IMG/VR virus record: IMGVR_UViG_3300037420_000606
Location: 1 to 30,958 of that record
Direction: 5' to 3' (one strand)
DNA: 30,958 nucleotides
Origin: a virus
Lineage: Duplodnaviria; Caudoviricetes
The translations under genes and the position numbers were made by a program. The notes under the pieces were generated by a model that saw only the letters and a program-made list of their open reading frames with translations, was not told the origin of the DNA and did no database searches. Positions 1 to 7,175 of the stretch are shown here, piece after piece (positions within the stretch are counted from its first letter, which is position 1; each line of letters opens with the position of its first letter).

Positions 1-221
1 TGTCCCATCCAATCCTCAACGAAATCGACGCTTTCTGCTCCGCACACCAGATGGCCGAGAGCACGTTTGGTCGAATGGCGCTGGGCGACTGGAAATTCGT
101 CAAAGAGCTGCGCGGCGATGGGCGGGATAGCCCCCGCCGCCTGTGGCCTGAAACCGAGCAAAAGGTTCGTCATTTCATGGCGACCTATCGGCCAAACACG
201 CAACAGGATGCGGCGGCATGA
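1..221 (+). CDS. Cro-like HTH transcriptional regulator (5' end truncated by 1 nt; not in ORF track)
   Basis: Read manually from nt 3: (M)SHPILNEIDAFCSAHQMAESTFGRMALGDWKFVKELRGDGRDSPRRLWPETEQKVRHFMATYRPNTQQDAAA*. Resembles alphaproteobacterial phage Cro-like proteins. Stop overlaps the next ATG (ATGA at 218-221). Confidence 0.7.
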   Translation, partial: SHPILNEIDAFCSAHQMAESTFGRMALGDWKFVKELRGDGRDSPRRLWPETEQKVRHFMATYRPNTQQDAAA

Positions 222-670
222 GCGTCTATTTCGCGACTTGCCGCGAGATTGGCCGCGTGAAGATCGGTCACGCCGTCAATGTTCGTCGGCGGCTTAGCGA
301 ATTGCGCACTTACTGCCCCGTTCCTCTTGAACTTGAGGCGACATTGGACGGTGGGGAAGCCGAGGAGCACGAACTTCACGAGCGCTTCGCCAATCATCGT
401 CGGCAGGGCGAGTGGTTTTTGCTCGCTCCTGAAATCGAGGAGCTGATCGCAGCCAATAGAACCGCGATTCCCGCCAAGCCGTTCGATGCGACTAATCCGG
501 TAGCTCGACTGCTCGCGAGAGGCGAGTTTTCGCAGTGCGCACTCGCCGAAAGGCTGGGCGTAACTCAAGCTACGATTTCCCGCTGGTCCACTGGCAAACT
601 TCCGATGAGCCGGCGCACAGAAATCACGCTCTCTGTGATCGAACGCGAAATCACTGGTGCGTCCGCATGA
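218..670 (+). CDS. GIY-YIG (T5orf172/MUG113-like) nuclease domain fused to a C-terminal XRE-type HTH
   Basis: N-term VYF..GRVKIG..NVRRRL.EL...E.ELHERF...R..GEWF; C-term SQCALAERLGVTQATISRWSTGK. Confidence 0.8.
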   Translation: MSVYFATCREIGRVKIGHAVNVRRRLSELRTYCPVPLELEATLDGGEAEEHELHERFANHRRQGEWFLLAPEIEELIAANRTAIPAKPFDATNPVARLLARGEFSQCALAERLGVTQATISRWSTGKLPMSRRTEITLSVIEREITGASA

Positions 671-770
671 TCCGCGCGGGAAATGACCGCTCTTCCGCGC
701 AGTTGGCGACCCAGAGTTGTTTGCCCCACGCTCCGGGCCGCCGTTCCCTGTTGGCTAGGTCATAATCGGC

Positions 771-1022
771 ATGGCGGGGGGATGGCAACCAATTGAGACT
801 GCGCCACGCGACGGGACGCTGATCGACCTGTGGGGCAGCTGCAAGGACAGCGTAGGCCGCTGGGAAGGGCGATTTCCGAATTGCCATTGGGGCAAGGTCT
901 CCGACCGCTGTGGCGGCCATTTCACATGGATGGATGACGAAGATTGGGGAATGGACTCCGAAGCATACGGAGCAATCATAACCCACTGGATGCCTCTCCC
1001 CGAACCTCCGGAGGCCGCCTAG
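771..1022 (+). CDS. Phage protein, DUF551-like
   Basis: WQPIETAPRDGT N-terminus and ITHWMPLPEPP C-terminus. Confidence 0.8.
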   Translation: MAGGWQPIETAPRDGTLIDLWGSCKDSVGRWEGRFPNCHWGKVSDRCGGHFTWMDDEDWGMDSEAYGAIITHWMPLPEPPEAA

Positions 1023-1295
1023 ATGCCCACTCTCTACACCGCTCTCGCAATCCTCGGATGGCTCGCCTTCTGCGCTATCATCGCATGGTTTGTCAGTCGC
1101 GTTCTCGATTACGCGGCTCAGCTCTTCCAAGAGGAAGCAGACCAATTCGCCAATGCTGACCGCATCTGGGGCGAGGTCGTCAACGTTCCCGAGGCTTTGC
1201 GGCCCTCCCATATCGCTACCGAGCCAAGCGAGAGGGCCAAGTCCAACGCTAGTCATTCTCTTCTTCTTTCAACTCCGCCTTCTTGTGGGCGGTAA
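1023..1295 (+). CDS. Hypothetical protein with an N-terminal TM helix
   Basis: Abuts the upstream stop; hydrophobic LAILGWLAFCAIIAWFV. Confidence 0.55.
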   Translation: MPTLYTALAILGWLAFCAIIAWFVSRVLDYAAQLFQEEADQFANADRIWGEVVNVPEALRPSHIATEPSERAKSNASHSLLLSTPPSCGR

Positions 1296-1310
1296 GCGGA
1301 TATTTAACGC

Positions 1311-1631
1311 ATGGATCCGTCAACAATCATAGACAAATCCTGCGAGGATATTCAGGCGGCGATGGCGATCGCGCTGCTGCGCTTCTCCACGACGCACGAC
1401 ATTAGCTATTCTAAGATCGGTCTGGCGTGCGGCCGCGAGAAGCAGTCAGTCGCTCAATACATCAACAACGGAACCGAGATGCCAGCAACGTGCTGGCTTA
1501 AGCTTGTCGCCAAATGGCCCGAACTGGCTGAGCGCCTAGAGTTCGAACTGGACGATGCGGAGAAGGCGTTCCGCGCAAAGCAGCGCTCGCTCACGCTTCC
1601 CATGCCTAGCCCAGCGGAGCGCGCAGCATGA
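1311..1631 (+). CDS. Hypothetical protein, possible HTH/CII-like regulator
   Basis: ISYSKIGLACGREKQSVAQYING resembles an HTH; early-region position; ATGA coupling to the next gene. Confidence 0.5.
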   Translation: MDPSTIIDKSCEDIQAAMAIALLRFSTTHDISYSKIGLACGREKQSVAQYINNGTEMPATCWLKLVAKWPELAERLEFELDDAEKAFRAKQRSLTLPMPSPAERAA

Positions 1632-1810
1632 CCCTCCGCTCCCTCATATTCATGATCCGCCACAAGCACTCCTGTAACCGCACAATCGCTCGTGAGCTGG
1701 CGTGTGAAGCATTGGCTCGCGATGTCGAGAAGCGGCGCAATAGCTTTGAGTGTGAGCAGTTCCGTCGCCGGAGAGCCGCAGCCCTCAAATATACGCGGGG
1801 CGCAGCGTGA
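1628..1810 (+). CDS. Small basic hypothetical protein
   Basis: 4-nt overlaps with both neighbours. Confidence 0.6.
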   Translation: MTLRSLIFMIRHKHSCNRTIARELACEALARDVEKRRNSFECEQFRRRRAAALKYTRGAA

Positions 1811-2148
1811 GCTCGCTTCTCGAACTGCCCTGGCCTGACTCAAAGCTCGCCGGCCATCACAACGTCCATTGGCGCGTGCTTCAGCCGGTCAAGGCGAAGC
1901 ATAAGACCTGGGCCAAGTTCGCCGCGCTCGCCGCAGATATCACCGTTCCAGAGACCGGCGACATTCGTGTTTCAGCTACGTTTTACCCGCCCAACAAACG
2001 CGGCGATAGAGTGAATTATCCCATCCTCGCCAAGCCATATTGGGATGGTATTGCGGAAGCTCTTGGCGTCAATGATCGGCGCTTCTTACCTAGTTTTCAC
2101 TTCGCCGAGCCGGTCTCAAACCCGCGCGTGGTTGTGGTGATAGGATGA
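1807..2148 (+). CDS. RusA-like Holliday junction resolvase / endodeoxyribonuclease
   Basis: LELPWP N-terminus, FYPPNKRGDRVN...KPYWDGIAEALGVNDRRF, C-terminal RVVVVI. Confidence 0.75.
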   Translation: MSSLLELPWPDSKLAGHHNVHWRVLQPVKAKHKTWAKFAALAADITVPETGDIRVSATFYPPNKRGDRVNYPILAKPYWDGIAEALGVNDRRFLPSFHFAEPVSNPRVVVVIG

Positions 2149-2366
2149 TGGCGACTCCGGCGCGCAAATGGGATGCATGGCGAGAAGCCAAGGTCCGCTC
2201 AGCTGTCCAGCAATCTGGATGTGCAACCGCCCGCCTTCAGGGGATGAAGCTCAGAGCCAGGCTCACCCCTCCACAACCAACCTCGGGAATCTTCCCCTTT
2301 GGTCCTGCGCGCACCTGTGCCGAGTGGCGCCCGTTTGAAACTTGGCAGGAGCGCCGTAACCCATGA
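2145..2366 (+). CDS. Hypothetical protein
   Basis: ATGA coupling at both ends. Confidence 0.45.
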   Translation: MMATPARKWDAWREAKVRSAVQQSGCATARLQGMKLRARLTPPQPTSGIFPFGPARTCAEWRPFETWQERRNP

Positions 2367-2692
2367 TGGAACCGATCGAACTTCCTTCGCGCACGCGCGT
2401 CTCGCACCGTCCCACAACGCAGATCCAGGAATTGGTAGCAGTCTCCTACGGGCTGCATCCCAAACATATGGTGTCACCCGAGCGTAGGCGCGACATCGCC
2501 TGGCCGCGCCAGATCGCCATGTATCTCACGCGCCAGCTCACGAAAAGGTCATTGCCCTGCATCGGTGAGGCATTCGGTCATAGAGACCACACCACCGTGA
2601 TCCACGCCATAAAAGCCGTCGAGAAGAGGATGCAAGCCGATCCTCTCTATCGCGCTGACGTGCAAGCTCTGCGGAAGGCGCTGACTAGGTGA
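2363..2692 (+). CDS. Stand-alone DnaA C-terminal (domain IV) HTH protein
   Basis: IQELVA..YGL..K.MVS..R.R.IAWPRQIAMYL.R.LT..SL..IG..FG.RDHTTVIHA..AVE signature. Confidence 0.9.
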   Translation: MMEPIELPSRTRVSHRPTTQIQELVAVSYGLHPKHMVSPERRRDIAWPRQIAMYLTRQLTKRSLPCIGEAFGHRDHTTVIHAIKAVEKRMQADPLYRADVQALRKALTR

Positions 2693-3408
2693 GCGGATAC
2701 GTCCGCATCCATCGCTCGCTAATCGGGCACCCTGCATTCCGTAACGATGCGGAGGCAATGGCGTTCGCTTGGCTGGTGGCAAAAGCGGCATGGAAGCAGA
2801 GCCGTGTCCGCTACAAGGAACGCGCAATCGCACTCGCTCGCGGGCAGCTGGCAATATCAGTCCGCGACTTCGCCAATGCGATGGATCGCGACAAGGCGTG
2901 GATTGAGCGTCTTTTAAAACGTCTCAGAGCCGAGACGATGATCGAGACAGTCTGTGAGACAGGCGTCAATGTCATAACCATCTGTAATTATGCAGAATAT
3001 CAGACCGATCCGGTTTTGTGTGAGACACCGCGCGAGACGCCAAACAAGACAGAGGCGAGACAGGCGCAAGACACAGAACAAGAAAGGGAAGAAGTTAATA
3101 AACAAAACTCAGAACCTAAAGGTTCTTCGCAAAAGTTTGTTTTGCCGAGCGATATTCCTGCCGAGCAATGGGGCGCTTGGCTCGAAGCGCGGAAGAAGAT
3201 CCGCAAATCGCCCACCGATCACGCAAAATCGCTCGCCGTCGCCGAGCTGCGGCGTCTTCGGGACGAGGAGGGCTGGCCGCCCGGCGACGTGCTCAACCAC
3301 TGCACGATGAACTCATACCAAGGCATTTTCCCGCCAAACCGGAAGTCGAAAAATGACCGATCTGACAAAGCCCCCGTCGCCGAAGCTTTCAATCGCATAT
3401 TCGGCTAG
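2689..3408 (+). CDS. Phage replication initiator (lambda O-like position)
   Basis: GYVRIHRSL N-terminus, RGQL.IS.R..A..W, ITICNY.EYQ, iteron-encoding linker, C-term W..W...RK.IRK...NSYQGIF. Confidence 0.8.
   Translation: MSGYVRIHRSLIGHPAFRNDAEAMAFAWLVAKAAWKQSRVRYKERAIALARGQLAISVRDFANAMDRDKAWIERLLKRLRAETMIETVCETGVNVITICNYAEYQTDPVLCETPRETPNKTEARQAQDTEQEREEVNKQNSEPKGSSQKFVLPSDIPAEQWGAWLEARKKIRKSPTDHAKSLAVAELRRLRDEEGWPPGDVLNHCTMNSYQGIFPPNRKSKNDRSDKAPVAEAFNRIFG
2932..3126. repeat. Iteron-like (G/A)AGAC repeats plus A-rich tract: putative replication origin
   Basis: RAGAC at 2932, 2944, 2956, 3022, 3034, 3046, 3057 and 3068 (11-12 bp spacing), then an A-rich run and the inverted repeat AGAACCT-AA-AGGTTCT (3111-3126). 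Confidence 0.7.
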
Positions 3409-3928
3409 TGCTGAACTAGGCATGGAACTGGCGAAGGCGCTCACTCTGGTAGCGCCAACGTCAATGACCGCTGAGCAGCACGAGCTGTGGTTGCGCGCTG
3501 CCTTGGATTCGCTTCAGGACATTCGGGGAGCCGAGGTTCAGGCGATCAGCCAGGAACTTCGTCGAACGGTCACGCGGCCCAACCAAATCGTTCCCGAGAT
3601 TGCGCGCCTCGTGAACGAGAAACGCCAACGAGCCAACCAATCGACCAAGCCGCAAAGCCCTTACGCGGCCGAGATGGCGATCCGCAATCGATCGGACGAA
3701 ATGCGCGCCGCTGCAAAGGGCGACAAACGCAAACTCAGCGATGCCTACGAATGGGAGCGGCAAGCGAGGATCGATGCCGGATTGCATGTCGATCCATATC
3801 CGAAACCGCTGACACGCCACGAGCTCGACACCATGCCGAGCCATATCCGGCAGCTGGGCCTGAGCTCCGGCTTCCTCGAATATCGAGGAGACATGCTCTG
3901 CGAGCTCTCACCCACCGGAGGAAGGTAA
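3353..3928 (+). CDS. Replication accessory protein (helicase loader/inhibitor-like position)
   Basis: Overlaps the end of the initiator gene; helical W...A...L.D.....P..IVP.I pattern. Confidence 0.55.
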   Translation: MTDLTKPPSPKLSIAYSASAELGMELAKALTLVAPTSMTAEQHELWLRAALDSLQDIRGAEVQAISQELRRTVTRPNQIVPEIARLVNEKRQRANQSTKPQSPYAAEMAIRNRSDEMRAAAKGDKRKLSDAYEWERQARIDAGLHVDPYPKPLTRHELDTMPSHIRQLGLSSGFLEYRGDMLCELSPTGGR

Positions 3929-4062
3929 TGGCGTCTCGGGCTCTTGGTCTAGCTCTCAAAACGGTGGGCGGAATCGTCGGTTCGGCCTTCCTGCTGTGTA
4001 TTTCCATCGAAGGTTATCACTGGTTCCAGGTCTGGCAGATTTTGCGCAAGGGAGATCGTTAG
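3928..4062 (+). CDS. Small membrane protein (44 aa)
   Basis: MASRALGLALKTVGGIVGSAFLLCISIEGYHWFQVWQILRKGDR; TAATG coupling, upstream GGAGG. Confidence 0.5.
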   Translation: MASRALGLALKTVGGIVGSAFLLCISIEGYHWFQVWQILRKGDR

Positions 4063-4610
4063 TGGCAAGGCGTAAGCGTAAGACCAAGGTCGATCCCGTC
4101 CAGAAGCTAGCGGAATCAATCCTTCCTGCCGCGCAGATCCGCAACAACCTCTATGCCATCTGCGGTGTCTCGAACCACAGCGAAGCCGATCAGCGGGCGA
4201 TGGTCAGGTCCGGTGAGACGAAAACGCTTCGCCGGCGGACCAGGATCGAACTGATGCACAAGGCCGGAATCATCAACGCCGAACAGGCTGCGGCGTGCGA
4301 GTGGTATTCAGCGGCCTATGAGCTTGGGTTTCAAACGATCGGATGCACTGCGAATTACGGTGGGGCGGGAGGGGGTAGCTTCGGCTCGAGCGACCTTCTC
4401 GCCCGCTACAGGGCCCAAGCCGAGGCGCGGGAGAATTATCACTATGCCCGCCTAGCTATTCCTGCCCACCTCCTTCCGTCACTCGACGCGGTTGTGCTGG
4501 AGACCGGTAGGCCTCCGCAGATGATGCGGAAGGAGGAGAAGCTTAGGTTCAGCCTAGCGGCCTTTTTGCTGCTTGGACAGGTCGGCCACATGCTCGCGAT
4601 GGCCGCTTGA
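4062..4610 (+). CDS. DUF6456-like protein, putative late-gene regulator (Q-like)
   Basis: IELMHKAGIINAEQAAACEWY...TANYG...AEARENY..A..AI...L..LDAVVL; GTG start at 4062 with upstream GGAG; last gene before the late promoter. Confidence 0.65.
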   Translation: MARRKRKTKVDPVQKLAESILPAAQIRNNLYAICGVSNHSEADQRAMVRSGETKTLRRRTRIELMHKAGIINAEQAAACEWYSAAYELGFQTIGCTANYGGAGGGSFGSSDLLARYRAQAEARENYHYARLAIPAHLLPSLDAVVLETGRPPQMMRKEEKLRFSLAAFLLLGQVGHMLAMAA

Positions 4611-4635
4611 CGGCAAAACCAGCCAACTGTATACA
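4607..4635 (+). promoter_or_regulatory. Sigma70-type late promoter (pR'-like)
   Basis: TTGACG-N17-TATACA overlapping the stop codon of the DUF6456 gene. Confidence 0.75.
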
Positions 4636-4653
4636 AATCGTCAATGTGATTTC

Positions 4654-4688
4654 GCGCGCCCGCAGCAACCGCTGTCAGGGCGCGTTTT
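4654..4688 (+). terminator. Intrinsic terminator (tR'-like) just after the late promoter
   Basis: Bulged stem GCGCGCCC-GCAGC-AACC-GCTGT-CA-GGGCGCGT followed by a T run. Confidence 0.6.
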
Positions 4689-4827
4689 CAATTCGGCGTC
4701 TGAGTGTTTCCCCCTTCGCTCGCCCGTCGATCCCCGCGCCCACTCATCCGACACACCCACTGGAAGCTCCATTGTAGCTTAGCCGGTCGGCAATGATTGT
4801 GGCGCGGGCCTTAATTCGGAGGCCACG

Positions 4828-4971
4828 ATGGGCGGTTTTGGACTGTCTCTTGGCCTCAAGAACTTCAGGCGCCGTGGCAGCAGTGGCAGCGCGCCAACCA
4901 ACGCAGTCCTCCGGGAAAGTGGCTCATACGCCCTTCGTGAAGATGGCTCTCGGTTTCTGAGGGAGGCATAA
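4828..4971 (+). CDS. Small 47-aa protein with LRExG repeats (not in ORF track)
   Basis: GGAGG SD; MGGFGLSLGLKNFRRRGSSGSAPTNAVLRESGSYALREDGSRFLREA*; resembles LxxEDG motifs of phage fibre-associated small proteins. Confidence 0.65.
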   Translation: MGGFGLSLGLKNFRRRGSSGSAPTNAVLRESGSYALREDGSRFLREA

Positions 4972-4974
4972 AAG

Positions 4975-5196
4975 TTGGCCGACACCAAGATTTCAGCTGA
5001 AGCCGCAGCCGCGGCACTCGATGGAACCGAACTGGTTCTTGGCGTGCAGGGCGGAGTCAACGTCAAGATCACTAGCCTTCAGATCCGGACCTACGCGCAA
5101 GCCAATCTCGGCACTGCGGCAACCAAGAATCTCGCAGTCGGAACGTCCGCACCAGGTAGCCCGTCAGTCAACGATCTGTGGGCAGACATCAATTGA
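4975..5196 (+). CDS. Small fibre-like structural protein
   Basis: GGAGG SD, TTG start; ADTKIS...LDGTE.V..VQGG...K.T N-terminal fibre motif and C-terminal GTSAPGSPSVNDLW.D motif. Confidence 0.7.
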   Translation: MADTKISAEAAAAALDGTELVLGVQGGVNVKITSLQIRTYAQANLGTAATKNLAVGTSAPGSPSVNDLWADIN

Positions 5197-5211
5197 CGAA
5201 GGATTTTCAGC

Positions 5212-5778
5212 ATGGCTGACAATGGGCAATTCTTTCTCGACACCAAAACCCCGTTCCTGAACGCAGACCCTTCGGCAGTCACCCTAGCGACTACCTACAA
5301 GGCTCTGGTTCCGTCAGCATCCTTGCCGCCGCTCGGCACCAACTATTTTGGCTATGTCGGGAAATCGGTCAGAATATGGGCTTTCGGTCGCATCACGACT
5401 GCCGCAACCCCTGGTAATATTCAGATCGGCATCCTCTATGGAACCGGCGCCGACGCTAACGGCACGACGATTGTGCAGAGCGGCACTGTGGCTCTCGTGG
5501 CCTCGCAGACGAATCTCAGCTGGTCATTAGAGGTCGATATCGTCTGCCGCTCGATCGGCTCGGCGGGAACGCTGATGGGCCTTGGCGAGGCGCACTTCAA
5601 TGTCGGTGTCATTGCATCGACCAATCAGCCGCTGATGCTTCCTGCATCCGCTCCTGCGGTCTCGGCCGGCGTCGATCTGACCTCGGCAACAAGTCTGCTC
5701 AGTCTCCAAGCGCTGCGCTCTGGTTCGACTGCTGAGACGATGCAGGTGCACGGCTTCAAGACGTTTGCGCTGAACTAA
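5212..5778 (+). CDS. Hypothetical beta-rich structural protein
   Basis: AAGGA SD; Ala/Thr/Gly-rich; TAATG coupling to the next gene. Confidence 0.7.
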   Translation: MADNGQFFLDTKTPFLNADPSAVTLATTYKALVPSASLPPLGTNYFGYVGKSVRIWAFGRITTAATPGNIQIGILYGTGADANGTTIVQSGTVALVASQTNLSWSLEVDIVCRSIGSAGTLMGLGEAHFNVGVIASTNQPLMLPASAPAVSAGVDLTSATSLLSLQALRSGSTAETMQVHGFKTFALN

Positions 5779-7175
5779 TGCCAGTAAGGCTTATCGCTCG
5801 ACAGCCCCTGCGCTGCTCCAGCGGCGGGTGGATGGTCGATAAGGGGCCGCGTCCGGTCAACACGGCATCAATTCCCTCTTCGTGGCGTGTCGGGCTGCTG
5901 AAAGTATGGGACGGCTCAGCATGGGTCACGAAACCGCTCAAAGTCTGGAACGGTTCTGCATGGGTCACGAAACCGCTGAAGTTCTTCTCTTCCGCGCTCG
6001 TCAACACACGCGCTCCCAACGCGCCTTCCGGCGCGGCGATCATCGGCCAAACCCTCTTCGCCACGGACATGGGTGACTGGACGACCACTCCGACATCGTT
6101 CGTGATCGACTGGTTCGATGACAATGGGGCCATCGTCAACGGCGCTAATCAGGACTTCTATACGATAGAAGATGCTGAGCTTGCTCAGCATATCTATTAC
6201 CGCGTCACGGCCACGCTCGGCGCGGAAACGGTGTCGGTGATGTCGGCAGGAACCGTGTCGGTGGTGGATATCGATCTCTCGGCCGATGTGCCAGTCCTCA
6301 CCCGCACCTCTGCGTCAGGAGCCACGCCGTATACGGTCGATACCGCGCTCGGTGCCTACACTTTTTCCGGCTACACTCTTCAGCGCGAGATCGCGACGAC
6401 CAATGGCTTTGCGACCGATCTCTACAACGGCCAGATCGCGATCACCGAAGCCATGCTCCAGTCTCCTTATACGATCGACTGGGCAAACGATGCTTCCCCA
6501 CCTTATGTCGAGCCGAACCACGGAACATATCCGCAATATTGGGAGCGCCAGCGGATCATTGCGCTGAGCCCTTCCGGCACGTCCTATTACTCTAACTGGT
6601 CAACGCCGATCTCGAAGACCGATGCGGTGGCACCGGTCGTGCTCAATTCGTCCGACAAGACGGCCAGCGTAGTGCTGACGAATGGAGCGCTCACTTTCTA
6701 TGATGGCGGTGGATCGGGACCGAACAGCGTTCGTGCAACCCGCGGCTTGACCACCGGTACGGGCTATTGGGAAGTCCATATCGACAACAAGACGAGCACC
6801 TTGCGCTGCGGCCTTGCCGACACCACGCAGAGCCTGACCGCATGGTGGGGCGACAGTGCCGGAGCCCTCCACGGCTTCAACTGGGACAGCGGCGGAACGC
6901 TCGACGGCTACTCGTCCTATCCAAGCTACGCCAGCTGGACGACCAACGATGTGCTCGGCTTCGCTCTCGACCGGGACAACAAGAAAATATGGGTGGCAAA
7001 GAACAATACCTGGCAGAACGGTACGCCGGGCGTGAGCGGTGGCTTCTCGCTTGACGCCAGCATCACGGGCGAGGTGCTTCCTGGAGTGCAGGCCGAGTTC
7101 GGCAACACCGTTTCCTTCATCTTTGCTTCCGGCTCGCTCACCTATACCCCGCCATCAGGGTTCCCAGCGCTATGA
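5778..7175 (+). CDS. Multi-domain fibre/adhesin-like protein: LKVW repeats, Ig-like, FN3-like, C-terminal SPRY/B30.2-like
   Basis: LKVW(D/N)GSAWVTKP x2; Ig-like GQTL..GDW..P.SF..DW..NGA...YTI...RVTAT; YSNWS; SPRY-like SVRAT..TG.GYWEV..DVLGFALD.D..KIWVAKNNTW..YTPPSGF. Confidence 0.75.
   Translation: MPVRLIARQPLRCSSGGWMVDKGPRPVNTASIPSSWRVGLLKVWDGSAWVTKPLKVWNGSAWVTKPLKFFSSALVNTRAPNAPSGAAIIGQTLFATDMGDWTTTPTSFVIDWFDDNGAIVNGANQDFYTIEDAELAQHIYYRVTATLGAETVSVMSAGTVSVVDIDLSADVPVLTRTSASGATPYTVDTALGAYTFSGYTLQREIATTNGFATDLYNGQIAITEAMLQSPYTIDWANDASPPYVEPNHGTYPQYWERQRIIALSPSGTSYYSNWSTPISKTDAVAPVVLNSSDKTASVVLTNGALTFYDGGGSGPNSVRATRGLTTGTGYWEVHIDNKTSTLRCGLADTTQSLTAWWGDSAGALHGFNWDSGGTLDGYSSYPSYASWTTNDVLGFALDRDNKKIWVAKNNTWQNGTPGVSGGFSLDASITGEVLPGVQAEFGNTVSFIFASGSLTYTPPSGFPAL
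5898..5981 (+). repeat. 39-bp tandem repeat (2 copies plus a partial) encoding LKVWxGSAWVTKP
   Basis: 5898-5936 and 5937-5975 share GCATGGGTCACGAAACCG. Confidence 0.9.

Noticed and set aside
3487-3927. Upstream part of the 191-aa ORF 3487..4062
   Set aside because: Overlaps the real 3353..3928 gene; only the part from ATG 3928 has an SD and coupling
4765-4830. tRNA-like start (GCTCC..TAGCTTAGCCGGT)
   Set aside because: No T-arm GTTCRA, anticodon arm or acceptor pairing. Better explained by the long leader hairpin.
5898-5981. CRISPR-like or DGR repeat
   Set aside because: Only two in-frame coding copies with no spacers; no cas or reverse transcriptase gene; the DUF1996 paralogs differ at all base types, not just adenines
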